Part shown: positions 42,060-56,729 of the stretch, one piece after another
Layout: each line of letters starts with the position of its first letter
Numbering within the stretch: the stretch's first letter is position 1
Assembly: GCF_009914755.1 (NCBI RefSeq)
Contig: NC_060925.1
Length of the DNA stretch: 64,000 nucleotides
Reading direction: 5' to 3' (one strand)
Source: the human T2T-CHM13v2.0 reference genome, Homo sapiens
Translations under genes and position numbers: made by a program
The notes under the pieces: model-generated
Database searches by the model: none
Told to the model about the DNA's origin: nothing
The model's input: only the letters and a program-made list of their open reading frames with translations

Positions 42060-42450
42060 CCTCTGTGATTTGGATAAACTAAGAATCTTCGTTGTTTAGC
42101 CTAAAGAGAACTGTGGCTTAGAGTTTTTTGTAGGCTAAATTTGGGGAAGATTTCTAAGTGCCCATTTTTATTATATTTTGATCACCCAATCTCATATTTA
42201 TGTATTAAAAAGTTCTAATTTGCTTTTTAAGTGGTTCCAAAAAAAGGTAAATATTTAATTGATAAATCTAAACAGTATTCAAACTAAAATGACCAAATAT
42301 ATTTTTAAATAAACAATCCCTTTAGAGTTTTCTTTCATGAAAAATGACTCAGGAATTACTACACACAAAATGCTTCCATCTCTGGCCCAGTAGGTTATCA
42401 GGAATCTAATACCAATTATTTTAAGTCCTATCTATGATGTAGCTGCTGAA
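42060..42450 (-). pseudogene. Channel relic, repeat II, C-linker/CNBD start (weak)
   Basis: RFLITYWARDG...IPESF, IKYLPFFGTT (cf. VPLF) and RLGDQNIIKMGT (cf. PGDxIIxxGD) occur in order across frames. Confidence 0.4.
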
Positions 42451-42679
42451 TATCTCACAAGTGTCCCTTATAATTTATTTCACATACCACTATTGTAGCT
42501 CAGACCCTTGCCTAGAAACAAGCAATAACCTTATTACTTATTACTCTAGTTCCAGTTTTTTTTCTCTCAGTATTCCATATTTCATCATCTAAATGATTTA
42601 TTTAAAAGTTGGCCTATTCATTCAGAAGCACAGCTTTGATATTACCATCATCTGTTCAGCCTTTTCTTTATTTGCTATA

Positions 42680-43022
42680 CAAGTTGAGACTCTTATCTGA
42701 AATGCTTGGTACCAGAAGTGTTATTTCAGGTTCTTTTTATTCTGGAATATTTGCATATACACAATGAGATGTTGGGATGGGACCCAGGTCTAAATACAAA
42801 CTCATCTATGTTTCATATACACCTTATACACATAGCCTGAAGGTAATTTTATGTGGTTTTTTTATGATTGTGGACATGAAACAGTTTGTGTATATTAAAC
42901 AATAAAAAATCAAAGGTATCAGATGTGGAATTTTTCAATGGTGGTATCATGTTAGCACTCAAAAGTTTTTGGATTTTGGAGCATTTTCAATTTTGGTTTT
43001 CAAATTAGGAATGCTCAAACTG
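42680..43022. mobile_element. MER46C-like Tigger MITE
   Basis: TIR-like ends caagttgag.../...ctcaaactg and internal gggatgggacccaggtctaaa. Confidence 0.8.
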
Positions 43023-43329
43023 AATTAAAATATTTAACTCTAGTATGTATTAAATGTGTACCATATGCTTGATATTTGTCATGTATGTTTTAGTTTATCG
43101 ATTTTGTCAGAATTATAAAATAAATACTTTTAGCACTCTTCTTTTACAATGAGGAAACTGTGTCTTAGAAGCCACTTGACTTCAACTTTGTGGCAGCAGT
43201 ATGTGCAAGTGCTGGGCATTAAACAAGGTTTATCTTACTTTCAAGATCTTGTGCTTAACTGTTATGTTATGTATTGAAAACAACCTTCCCAAACTTATTT
43301 CTTACAGAAAAATACCGTAGTGCTTCCCG

Positions 43330-43745
43330 TGATGCCAAACTGAACTACTCCATGCTCACCATCCTTATCCTAGCCTTCTCCATGTTCAGAATTTGGCCCA
43401 TCTTTATACCGGAATCTCTATTATTCCTTCCCCTCATAGTTAAATCCTATGTATTCCTGAGTTCTCACCACAAATTCCACATGCTTCGTAAGCTGTATTC
43501 TTTCTCTGCTTAAAGTAATGCCTCCTTCCTCTAAACTACCTTAGCATTTTAATTTATTCTATATACATGACCTGTATCACTTTTTCATCTTATGTTATAA
43601 CTTTGATTCTGTATTAAACTTTGCCTGTCTGTATCTCATTGGAGCCCCTAAAAGACAAAATTTTTATCTGACTTATCTGTGCCTCCAATGACATAGTGTC
43701 TTTTCCCTAGTAGATGCTTAATAAACGTTATTGAATGAATGGACC
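43330..43745 (+). mobile_element. L2 3' end
   Basis: Ends tagtagatgcttaataaacgttattgaatgaatg. Confidence 0.7.
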
Positions 43746-43799
43746 AAGCATAGACAAATGCTTCTTCTACTCTGTAAATCTTAATACATTAACTTCTAC

Positions 43800-44114
43800 T
43801 GGCTTAGATCTAACTTGTATTTAATATTTTTATGGGTTCTCACATCCAAGTGCTATAATCATTTAACTATAGCGGTAATCATTCCTTATTCATAGTCCCA
43901 TGGAACAATAGTCATAATTTCCAGTCTTTTACAAGTATTCCAGGATGCACGGTACTACCTACTATCACTAGCACTCACCACTAACTGAAGCACAATACAA
44001 AAACAGCCAGGCCTCAATGCAATATAAGTAATGTTACCACAGTTTAGAGATTGCTTTCAGGTAATCATCTGTCATTATAGAGACACTGGGAATTTCAAGA
44101 ATTGATTCTAGATT
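43800..44114 (-). pseudogene. Channel relic, repeat II, pore-S6-C-linker start
   Basis: Long polypyrimidine acceptor at about 44115-44160. DDYLKAI (44049-44069) then TVVTL after a frameshift (pore helix). GMITAIVK*L*HLDVRTHKNIKYKLDL starts at 43885 (cf. GxIxAxLxNxDxxRxxxxxKL). Confidence 0.62.
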
Positions 44115-44759
44115 CTAATTAGGTTAAAGGAAAAAATACAAACAAAAAATGAAATAAAATGATAATATAGAAACAATAATCATAGAAGTGCCTTTTTATA
44201 TTCTTTGTCTAACATGGATTAATTAGAGGTGTATCTGGCTCTCCTCTTCCTTTTGGCATTTGAACTTAAAATCATGATTTATGTATTTATGTATTTAGTG
44301 GGAAATGGTAGGTAACACTATTCATGTAAATATAGGACCTCCTAGCCTCTGGTGGGCTCTGAATTCTCTAAATGTTCTGAGAGTCAGCAATATGTTGTGT
44401 TTGCTCTGGATCAAATGTGCTTTCCAAGGCTTCTGTTAGCCTTAACTTCATACCTCACAGCAGATTTTAGAGCTTGCCAGGCTGAAACCAAAGCTCTAAC
44501 TCTGCTTTTGAAAAGTTCTTGATCGGTTTTAAGCTTGGAATTATTTTAACCTTTATACTTGCTCCCACAACATAGAGCAATTTTTTTGCCTCTCCTAAAC
44601 TTAAATTTTAGCCAGATTTTGCAACGAATCTGAACAGTGAGCTCCATTTGGTATTTTAAACATAATTCAAAACAAATCTACCTTCTGAATTTGGCTACTG
44701 AAACAGAATTGTTTTTGTTTATCATTTTTATGTTATCTTATAAATAGTGTCATTGGTAA

Positions 44760-45330
44760 TTTTCAAAATTATCTGTAGTAACAAAGCAGTACTATAGACC
44801 ATATGCAGTCAAATATAATACTGGATGTTACAGCAACAAAGGTAATAAAAATTGGTTTATATTAACAATTTTAGCTTTTCATAAAAATAGAATCATATTT
44901 AGCATATCGTCAATACAAAATGTCATATTGTATCATATAATTGATTACTTATTCCTGAAAATAGTAAATCATGAGCTGAAATTAATATATTGTAGGACTA
45001 TAGCTAAGTCCTTAAATCAAAAATTAAAATGCCCAACTTATACTGTTAAATGTTTTTATTTTTTACATTAAGATTTGTTCTAATGTTTGACATCCTTCAA
45101 TTGAAGTAAATAGTAAGTAAATATTTACAACTTTCAAGCATAAGCTGAGGGCATATCTCATCTTAGATTCAGTGACTAATTGTAAAAACCAAATAAGAAT
45201 TTCATTAAAAATTGGACGCAATGCCAGCAATATTAACATACACCCTAAAGTCACTGGTGAAAGAATGATTCTGTGAGAATAAAAGAATCCCATCACTACA
45301 CTGCCAGCATCCAACAAGTTTATCCTCTCT
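44760..45330 (-). pseudogene. Channel relic, repeat II, S1-S5
   Basis: INLLDAGSVVMGFFYSHRIILSPVTLGCMLILLAL (S1), RYALSLCLKVVNIYLLFTSI (S2), SWAF then FDL/LAIV (S3), and SSIIFDCIWSIVLLC with DCIW at 44799-44810 (S5, cf. HxxACIW). Confidence 0.65.
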
Positions 45331-45429
45331 AATTTATAAAGTACTTACATACAAAGGTTATATACCAAAGGGGATGGTAATTGCTAGCACTGAAGTAATA
45401 ATAATTCTATGTTATATGCAGTATTTTAA

Positions 45430-45620
45430 TGTTTTTCCTATGTTAATTACTAAATCTCCCGTAACTCTATATAAGTATTATCATTAGTTCCCATTTCATA
45501 GGTGAGGAAATGAAGATTCAGTCAGATTAAGCAACATGTTCCAAATTACACAGGCTATAAGCTTGGAGCTGGGATTTAAACCCATGTAATTTATTTTGAG
45601 AGGCTTTGTTTGCTTCCTCT
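45430..45620 (-). mobile_element. MIR
   Basis: cccatttcataggtgaggaaatgaagattcag...ggagctgggatttaaaccc. Confidence 0.75.
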
Positions 45621-45671
45621 ATATCCCAGAGGGAAGAGCAATGTCCAAATACTAGGGGACAACTGGCTTCA

Positions 45672-46503
<832 letters not shown>

Positions 46504-46541
46504 GCTTCCTTTACTCAGGAGTAGTTGCAACTTCTAAGACA

Positions 46542-47180
<639 letters not shown>

Positions 47181-47372
47181 CCCCTTACCATTCATCTTGA
47201 CCCCTCAGAAGTTTGCCTCAAGCAACTTTGTTTAATGCTATTATGGGTTTGTGTTACTTTCTCAGGCCATGTATAGGAGGCTATCATGGTACAGTCAGTA
47301 AATGTTTTAGTTTATGTTCTTTCTCAGTAGACTTCAAGACCATAAAAAGGGACAGTGTTGATTTTGGGGTAC

Positions 47373-47867
47373 TGAAACTGGCCTTTGCAAAATTATAACT
47401 GAGGAAATTATGACAGTGAAAGAAATCAGAGCTAACCAACTTCATCTTGCTTCTAAACTTTAAGATGTCCTTGTTCATTCCTGGGCAGGCTGAACTAACT
47501 ATGGGAAGGAATTCAGTTCATGGTTTGATTCTGAAGCAAAATTGATAACAACCGTTTCCCGAAAAGACCCCCTTCTTTCCTGGGCTCCGGTCTGCCTTTG
47601 CAGGACTAACAAACTAGCTACAAGATTAGAAATTACAATTTACAGCCGAGTGCTGTGGCTCATGCCAGTAATCCCAGCACTTTGAGAGGCCTAAATGGGC
47701 AGATCACTTGAGGTCAAATGCTCAGGGAGACTGATTTGAATAATAAAAAAACCGGTCTCCTGCACAGCCATCTCTGCCTGAATTACTCTTTCTCTATTGC
47801 AATCCCCTGTCTTGATATATCTACTCTGTCTAGGCAGTGAGCAAGGTGTACCCATTGGGCAGTTACA
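47373..47867 (+). mobile_element. LTR8 solo LTR with its middle replaced by an Alu 5' fragment (47644-47716)
   Basis: tgaaactggcctttgcaaaattataactgag...gggcagttaca, with 4-bp TSD gtac on both sides. Confidence 0.9.
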
Positions 47868-49259
47868 GTACCATAGTGCCCCATGACCTCAAGGACAATG
47901 TGCAGCGCCTGGCACAGAGTAAATGCTCGAAAACAGGTATTGGAGAAGAACAGTATCCAAGCATATTAGATTAAGAATAAGGTTGTTGGCTCTTTCTGTA
48001 CTTTAAAGTTCTGTCCACAACTCACAGCTTTTTTGTTTGTTTGTTTCTTACTGGTTCTGTACAGGTTAATTCACCAAAAAGATTATTAATTTCCTTATAA
48101 AATTCCCAGGATATTAAGCTCTGAAGGACCAGAAACAAAAATTCTATGTTTACTATGCCTTAATTCTAAATTAAGTGTGCCTGATTTTAATGCTTCAATA
48201 ACATAGCTTTGTTTTGTTTTTCCTAACCCATCTCCAAATTTTAGCTATAGGAATTCATATATGACTCCCCTATTAGGCTGTTAGCCTCCTTTTTGTAGTA
48301 AATGAGATATTAAATTATTTTTATTTTGATTGTTAATCTAAGTTACGTGAACTAAATAATATAACATATTATCTATATTCTTATACGTGATATCCTGAAT
48401 AACATATTTTAATGTTTTTGGTTCATTTAAAGAATATGTATTATAGGAAAGAATAAATCATATATTAATATATTTTATAATTATTGCATTGCTACATACA
48501 TTTTCATAAGTCCAAATTGTTAAAAATTTTAAAGAAGAGATAAAGACCCTTGCATCCCTTGTACCAAAACCCAAAATGTATAGAAAGGTACAGATTGTAT
48601 GTATCTCTGAGATGCAGATTGAAAGTATTTCTAGCAGAGGAGCAGAAGAGCAATCATTATGTTGCTTCCTTTCTTTTCTCGGTAAAATAGGATTGCTCCC
48701 TCTGGTATAGTTTCTAGTGCTTCTTTGTTTCTGGGCCAGTTTTACATGACTTAAGCAGTAAGGCTAGTGTAACTTCCCTAGAGAGATAATTTCCTGCAGT
48801 TTAATAGATTTCTTTATTATAATGCTTTTTCCCTGTTGATCAGCCATTATATATATATTCATTACTTAATTTCCTTCCATTACATATGGTCATTATGTAA
48901 GAAAAAATGTGCAAAGTTCTAATTCATAATGTTTATGATAAAAAGTAATAAATTATCATTAGTGGTAGCAATATTATTATTATTCGGAAATACCCTAAGT
49001 AAATGCTATGGGCTTGGCTTTACGTGAATACTTTGTACTAATGCTACTTTTCTTCTTCTTAAATATACAGTGATGGGAGAACATTAATGACTTTGATTCA
49101 AAAAGTAATTGAATTGCTTCATAGAGTTATGGGGATTAAGTTGAATACTTCAAAAATAATGAAATGTTAACAAATACTAACATCTAAATAACAAATGCTA
49201 AGGAATAATCAACTTAATTAGAACTAGTACATTATAATTTTATTTTGCCCATCTAGTCT

Positions 49260-49560
49260 GTATTCTTTTGAAATTTATTTGTTAACTGACTCCTTTGAGC
49301 AGAACAAAATTAGAATTATGGATTTATGACATAATGGCAAACCACAATCACAAGCATGACCACAACTAACAAGTTTTCCATTCACTGCACTGCATTTAAA
49401 TATCAATCCAATAGAACTTTGCCTGAAACACAAATAAGCATCTCCTTGTTCAGCAGAATATAAAGCTGATTGTATACAATGATTTTGATTGTGAGAGAGG
49501 GTAGCAAAGGGCTGAGAAACAGAGATGTTGGATAGCAGAAATGCCCTTGATTTATGATCA
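49260..49560 (-). pseudogene. Channel relic, repeat I, CNBD
   Basis: ORF 49275..49616, after its Alu-derived start, reads QPFATLS...YSAEQGDAYLCF...NGKLVSCG...LILFCSKESVNK (cf. FxxxLS...IxxxGDxxxxMYFI...LxxLSKxDF). Confidence 0.5.
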
Positions 49561-49570
49561 ATTGAAGTAC

Positions 49571-49892
49571 TTTCTTTTGTTTTGTTTTGTTTTGTTTTTT
49601 TGAGACGGGGTCTCACTCTGTTGCCCAGGGTGGAGTGCAGTGTCGCGATCTTGGCTCACTTCAACCTCCATTTCCCGGGTTCAAGCGATTCTCCTTCCTC
49701 AACCTCATGAGCAGCGGGGATTACAGGCACCCACCACCTCGCCTGGCTAATTTTTGTATATTTAGTAGAGACAGGGGTCGGGGACATCTCACCATGCTGG
49801 ATAGGCTGGTCTCGAACTCCTGATCTCAAGTGAACCACCTGCCTCAGCCTCCCAAAGTGCTGGAATTACAGGTGTGAACCAGTGCACCCAGT
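49571..49892 (-). mobile_element. AluS (Sx/Sz-like)
   Basis: (TTTTG)n tail and a full dimer with a small insertion near 49778. Confidence 0.92.
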
Positions 49893-51044
49893 GTAAATAC
49901 TTTTAATAATGGACTAGCTCACCTTTACAATTGCTTTAGCCACACTGAAATGGGATTAAAGTATAGTAAGAACACAAAATTGGAATAGACTCTCAGATAC
50001 AACATGATTTTTTATAGTTGTACAACTTAGATAAACAATGTCATACATATATAATTTAACCACCTTTTGTAAATACCTAGATATGCAAGATTGTTATATT
50101 CTCTTAACATAAATTGTATTTTATTTCTGTTATATTTCAGTATTTTAGGAGACAATTTTAAAAAGTACATTAGTTAATTTTATTAGGGTACATAATATCA
50201 ATAATTATAATTGCAAAGGTTTTATTCATGGCTAGAAAACAGGTTCTGACAATTTCTTAATCATCTTTGTAAACCTCTGCCACATACTTAGTAAGAAATT
50301 ATCCTTTGAACTGTTTTATCATAGGGCTGTGCTCCAAATTATAATTACTTTGATCAAAACTGTTCTTTAATTTGCAGCTGGATAGTAATTACCATCAGGA
50401 GGTCCTATAGATGATATAATAGAAATTTGAATCTAAGATTGCAGAAAATTCTAAGAAAAGCAACCTAAAAGGATAAGTCGTCTTTACTTGAAGTAGCTAG
50501 TTGAGGTTAACAATTTTGGCCTCTCAGCAACATCTGCTGAACAATTTTGAAATAGTATAAAGTAAAATTGTCACGATGCTAAAATTTGAGCTAATGCCAG
50601 CCTTCTAAACATATTTTACAAAAGTCTCTGGGAAATAAACATTTCATGGTAAAACACCAAGACAAACTCTTTCAGTTTGGAATTTACTAACTCAGTGGGG
50701 AATGTACAGAGAAAACATAAAGGTATTCTTCAGTTCCTTCAGTTATAAGCTCTTCATGGATAGATTATCAACTAGATTTTGCATCTCCCTAGACATTAAA
50801 ATATAATCTGAAAAACAACTAAGTAAACAAAAACATTAAGTTGTGGAGAATCCTTGTCTTCACACATTCTACTTTTTATGGGACCTCAGGTTATCATAAA
50901 CAATTTATTAGGTATAATATGTAATCTATATCAGTCATAAAATTAAATCATATATGTTTTATCAAATTCTGTCACAGCATTGTACTTTTTGATATTTATT
51001 GTGTTGTTCTGGAGTAAGTATTTTTACAATTTAAACAGTTTGTC

Positions 51045-51230
51045 AGCCAACATGTATTTATTGAACATATCTGCCTGGTTATGTGCTAGGTCCTGGACAT
51101 TCATTGACAAACAAAACAGATTTAGTCTCTGACTTCATGGAGTTTATGGTATAGCTGGTAAATAATGCAATAAAGAAATAATCACAGTTAATTTGAAGTG
51201 TGTAAAATGATACAAGAAAAGAAGAGAAGG
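51045..51230 (-). mobile_element. L2 3' end
   Basis: atttattgaacatatctg...atgtgctaggtcctgg...tcatggagtttat. Confidence 0.7.
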
Positions 51231-51529
51231 GCATTGTGTTACAATAATTGAAGAAAATAAAGCTTAGCACGATTGCTTTATTTCCCCAAAGAAATATATC
51301 CAGAAAGTGTTGATCCAGAGCTCAAACTTCAAAATAGAATTTTAGTATCCTATATTCTACATAACACCTAGAATCTCTGCACCATCTCCCAATAGTATGC
51401 CCTCATTTCAGCACAGAACATAAACAATTAAGGGGGATTATGGAAAAATCATTTAGCCACTTCCACCAGTCTCTCCATATAGTTGCCACCACAATTGTAA
51501 TCCATGGGATTTTTTAAACTATATGTTGC

Positions 51530-51700
51530 TCATATATCATTATTCTCTTTGGAAAAGAGTACCAATGCTAATCTTTGGATATACCCTGGCATATTAGAAA
51601 ATTTGTCTACAAGGAAAACAATTTTCCTGGACCATAAACAGTTAAGTTTTATAAAAATAGGAGCTATGCATTTATTGTCCACTGTTGTTAATTCCAGTTC
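51530..51700 (-). pseudogene. Channel relic, repeat I, C-linker
   Basis: ORF 51530..51730 reads NKCIAPIFIKLNCLWSRKIVFLVDKFSNMPGYIQRLAL (cf. RVxxYxxYLWxxxxG...LPxxLxxxIA). Confidence 0.6.
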
Positions 51701-52609
51701 TTGAAGAAGTATGTTGTGAATTGTATACATGACAATTCTGACATTTGAATGAAAGAATCGAGTATTAAAAAGAGGGAAAAAAAGCAGAGAATAAAGAATT
51801 GCATGCTAAATGAAGGAGAAAGTTGAAAAAGATTTGAGCAGAATGGTTATGCAATACTCTGGTAACCCATTAATGTAAAGCTCGTATATGTTAATATTGT
51901 TAAGGAGAAGGATTTTTGGTGTTTTCTTCATTCCATATCAGAATAATAACCTAATATCACCAGTACACTCTTACAATTACTGTAAATTTAACATACAATA
52001 AATATTACAGGTAAACAGCAAAGTCCAGCATTAAGTTTGAACAGTCCCTGAGAAGCAGCATTTTCTGATAAGCAGGGAGCTTTTTCCCCTACTTATGTCA
52101 TGGAGGGAAAGACAAGGAGAAAGAGAGGAAAAAAAGGAAGCATAGAAACTAGAATACTTGAATAATGGTAGAGAGTCTTTCAAGTTATGCTTTGCTAGGA
52201 TTTTTAAATTATTATTATTTATACTTACAACCTATTAAGTTCTACCATTTATTACAATAGCTATAGGTTGCCCCAAACCATTTTCAAGAACTGAAAGACA
52301 GCTTTATACTGAAAATTTATGAAAATAACAGGTCATGTTTTTCTTAGAAGAGAGTGATAAGATTGGCAGAAATAAAGTACTATTTTGAAATATAATCATA
52401 TCTTGTTTAAAAGAACACGTTTGTCAATGAAAATTAAGTCTGATGATCTTTTGAATAAATCTTAAGACTGGCAAACTAGTCATTTCCTTTCAAGCCAGGG
52501 CTTCATAAAGCTTACATAATGACTTCTTTTCATGGAAATATCTGCTTAAAACTAAAATTCTTTCAGAAAAATGCAGAATTCTAACAATGCTCATAAGCCT
52601 TGAGCATTG

Positions 52610-53362
52610 CTCATAATCTTTGCTGTCCCCTTTGAGTGCAGGTGAAAAATCTGTGAATACTGAGAAATATTTCTTCTATCATTATGTTACTCTCTATGTC
52701 AAAAAAAGAGATTATCTGGGTTGTCACAACCTCTTCACAGGAGCACATAAAAAGCCAAAATTTTTCTTTAGTTAGTGGCAGAAAGAGATGTTAGAGAAAT
52801 TTTAAGCACCAGAAGAATTTCAGAGGCCCTTGTTGTCTTGAATTTGGAGGGGGACTGTTCTGCGGTGAGCAGGTATAGGCAGACCTACTCCCAAACGCCA
52901 AGGGGGCTGAGATGCCAAAGAAAGAGGCTGACAAATCCAGTTCCTCAGCAGAAAAAATTGATAGGAAATTACAGGCAGAAGCCATGTTTCAGGTAGCTGT
53001 AAGATGGTGGATCCCAGCACCCACCCTCCAGAAAATGTCCTTTAGCAAGTTTTTGGGGTAAAACCTGTGGAGCTGATAAAACATGTGAAGCTAGTCTCAG
53101 ACTTTCTTGCAAAATCCTGACCACTGTAGAGGTTAGATAAGAATCTTTATGAGGGGTTATCTACGCTACTAGCAGTATTTCTTTATGAGGGGTTGTCTAT
53201 GCTATAGAAACACCTTGGCATACGGAGTCAAACGTGGGTTAGTATAGCAGTTTTGCTTCAAGTTAGCATCAATCTTGCCATAAAACAGGCTGTTTACCTA
53301 CAAGGCTCCATGCAAGGATCAGACATCAGCCTCTGGGAGTTAATTCCCAGCTGACAGCCGTA
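52610..53362 (+). mobile_element. MLT1E-like LTR split by another LTR
   Basis: ggcagaaagagatgttagagaaatttt...ggaggggg, resuming ccatgcaagga...cagctgacagcc. Confidence 0.55.
52858..53303 (-). mobile_element. MER93-like ERV1 LTR
   Basis: Reverse complement begins tgtaggtaaacagcctgttttatggcaagattgatgctaacttgaagcaaaac. Confidence 0.6.
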
Positions 53363-53564
53363 GAAAAAAAAAATGGAGTGTACGCACATACATACTCACA
53401 CATATATACATACTCATACGATCACGGAATTTTTCCAAAATAATTAAGCTCTAAATCTGAATTATATCAAATAGAAGGCTTCTCCAGAAATCTACCTTTA
53501 TTTAGTATTATTTCTATAAGTAAATATGCTATAATACATTGTCTAGAAAAAAAACACCTTTAGA

Positions 53565-53855
53565 TCTAGGCATTATTTCTTAAATTTAATCTTTCCTGCT
53601 TTTTTTAAAGGTAATTTCTTTCTAGACTACAATCAATGGAAGTACAATAATGCCTTTTATTAGTCTTATCAGGTTAGCATAATCACAGAATAACTCTTAT
53701 TTTATTCCTACTAATCCGACACTTGACTGACTTCTCACTACTTTTAATCAAACCGTTGGTAATACCAGAAAACTAGCACTCAGAAAAACAGCAGAAATAC
53801 CTGTTTATATTTGTATCACACCTTACAAATTCTAAAGAACTTCATACCCAATCTA
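53565..53855 (-). pseudogene. Channel relic, repeat I, pore-S6-C-linker start
   Basis: Pyrimidine-rich acceptor (ttttatttcttttaattgcaaag), then DWV*...NRYFCCFSEC*FSGITNG (cf. SW...YxxSxYWxxxTxTTxG) and LIKGIIVLPLIVV*KEITFKKSRKD*I*EIM (cf. GxIxxxLxxxxxxRxxFxxKxxxIxxxM). Confidence 0.5.
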
Positions 53856-54974
53856 CTTTGCAATTAAAAGAAATAAAATTAAACTAGCAAAGCACTTTTA
53901 CATATTATATTTTATTATTGAAATAATCTTGTGTAATATGTTCTTAGTACCTTCGTTTTGCAGAAGAAAATTGAAACTAAAAACTGAAGAGCATTGAAAG
54001 CTTATATAAACGATTTTTATGAGTCAATCATTAGCATATTGAAGAGGAGAAATGGGATTATAGCATAAAATTAAAATTTACTCTGGAGTATCTTACAGTT
54101 GGAAAACTTCTAGGTTTCAGACAAGGTGGGTTAGCCATATTTCTTCACCTACTATATTCTCCAACCCTTGAAATATTAAACATTGTCTTCCTTTATATAT
54201 TTCTTTAAAAAATTAAACAAATCTGTGGTTGTGTCTTTAATATTTTTGACTACTTATCATGAAAAATTTACTGGGTCTCCTACTTCACAATCAGTTGCAG
54301 TAATGATGTAGATAATAGATTTAATTACATTTTTCAGTGATAAATGTTAATATTACATGTGATATATGTAATTATGATTTATTATATTTTGATATAACTG
54401 TCAGTATTATATGTGATAATGTGTATAACATATGCTCAATTTTTTTTAGTCATTTCATTATAAAAATAATTCCTAAAGTTACACAAGTATTATTTAAAGG
54501 TAAGAAATGATTACTCTCTTTAATGCTCCTGTGATACTACCCACTAAGGTTAATATTAGAGTGAGAGATATTGTATTGTAATAGACAAAATTCAAGACTG
54601 TAAAATACTATTCAGGGTTTTGAAGTTCAATAAAGCTGTGATCATATCAGCAAAGTGGAAATAATACTACCTCCCCCAATTTGGTAGTTATAAGGATTGT
54701 AAAAGACGGTCCCAGTAGAATGTTGGCACATTGTGAGAGTATAATTAATATTGGTTTTTGCTTTGATGATTATTGTGGTGGTGGTGGTGGTTTTAAAAAT
54801 TACACCTATTTGTATCAATTACATCTACATTTATACACATACATATATGTGTATCAATTATTTTTAGTATATAGTTTAACTCTTATGCAAAAAAATTTAA
54901 AAACTTCAGAGAAAAGATGTGACAAAATGCAAGGTACTTTTATCAGAATTAAATTGTGTAAACCAAACCAAAGT

Positions 54975-55560
54975 GTGTATGTTAACAGGCACACACAGAA
55001 ATTCTTCATACGGGTTTGCCTTCCAGCACTTGTGGGAACTGGATAAGCAACCTCCATAATGCTGTTGTCCTGAGTCTTATGTTGGAGCTTGGCACCCAGT
55101 GGGCAGGCAGTTGTTAAGAGGAGATGAATGTAAAATAGCACAAGGACAATCTGAAACCTACGAGTATGAGTTAGAACCTACGAAGTTAGACTGAAACCTG
55201 TGTCAGTACTATCTCCAATATTGAAACATGTGAGTTTGAAAACAAAACAGAAAGCCTGGCACCTTTCATTAGGCGGCAAAAGGCACACCTTGTGCAGGAG
55301 TCAGGAAGGCTGACGGGAAATTCAGTAGAATATAGAATATGGAGCAGTTATAGCCTTGACCAATGCCCCATACCAAAATGAGGTGACCCAGCAGATAAGC
55401 CACAAGTTGTGAGCCACAAAATGGTTGCTGTCTTGCTTCTCCCTTTAAAGTCTCACACAAAAATCTTCTGTAGTTCACTGTACTTAGAAACATACATGGA
55501 AGGGAATTCAGTGAAATGTAGTTCAATCCAGTCAAATTGACATATTACACGGCCACCACA
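54975..55560 (-). mobile_element. LTR41-like ERVL LTR
   Basis: Terminus gggaattcagtgaaatgtagttc...ttgacatattacacggccaccaca. Confidence 0.5.
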
Positions 55561-56729
55561 CTAGTAAATATTAAAGTAAAAAAGATAAGACATTCTTTAG
55601 ACTGTTAGAAAAAACTAAATTTCCTTTTCCAAAAATCAAAAGTGACATTTTGCCTTATACAAAGTAGATGGAGCAGTCAGAGATCAATTAATTCCATGAG
55701 TCACCAAACCTAGCTCATGTTTGTTTGTTTGCTTTTTTTCCAAAAGAAGTGAGATAAAAGGGAGAAAGCAAAAGACAGTCTTAATATTCCAGAGTATGAT
55801 TTTGAATTCTTTATGATTTCAGATTTTTAAATTAGTATTAAAATAATTCTATTACCATCAAATTCGTGAATAAGCAGCAGTTTGACAAAGTTCTTCATGA
55901 ATACCAACTAAATATCCTATTGAATGTATATAATCAAAATCAATATTAAAATTTGACTTACAATCAGATAAACTGAGCCAATAACTTGCTTTATTTTTAA
56001 CCCAGATTTGTTTTTGTATTCTCAATATTATTCTTTTATTTTCACAAAATCTAAAGATGTATCACATATGGAATACTATTTTTTTATACTGGAAATAAAT
56101 TATTCTTGAGACTAAGCAATTTAAAAAATCTCTTCCCCATTTTCTTCTAATTTCAAATAGACTCCAATTTAATCTTCCTCAACAGATTGGCAGAAAGCAT
56201 TAAGCAGACACATTCTTAAGAATATTCAGCCCAAGTCATGTTTTTTTTTAATGTGATAATTACAACCGGGTATATCAATAGAATGGTTAGCTTGAGGCTT
56301 GAGAAAATAAACTGACTCATATTCTACTCTCTTAGTAATAACATTGTTATTTGATTCGCTTTTTTGCAGTGGCTTCACTAATAACAAGCTATATTATTTG
56401 TCTCATAATGTGTTTTATCTTCAAGACTAAATTTGCTATTAGAAAACATTTGCCAATTAAAAAAAATATCATTTCCATAAAACAGCCAAAGCTTAAAGTG
56501 AAACAAAGAGATTCTGTATCATACTCCCCAGAAATAGTGAAACTTAATTATACTGAACACGAAATCACCTTGCATTTAAGAGTGTACTGAAGTTGGCTAC
56601 TAGTAGTGTGAATGAAAGCTTTGGATACACCTCAGTAAAAAAGAGAGATAGAACAGGGCAAAATGATGAAGCAAAAGTCTCAAAGTAGAGATTAAATCAC
56701 TAATCTGCTACTTAAAATCTCGAGGGTTA

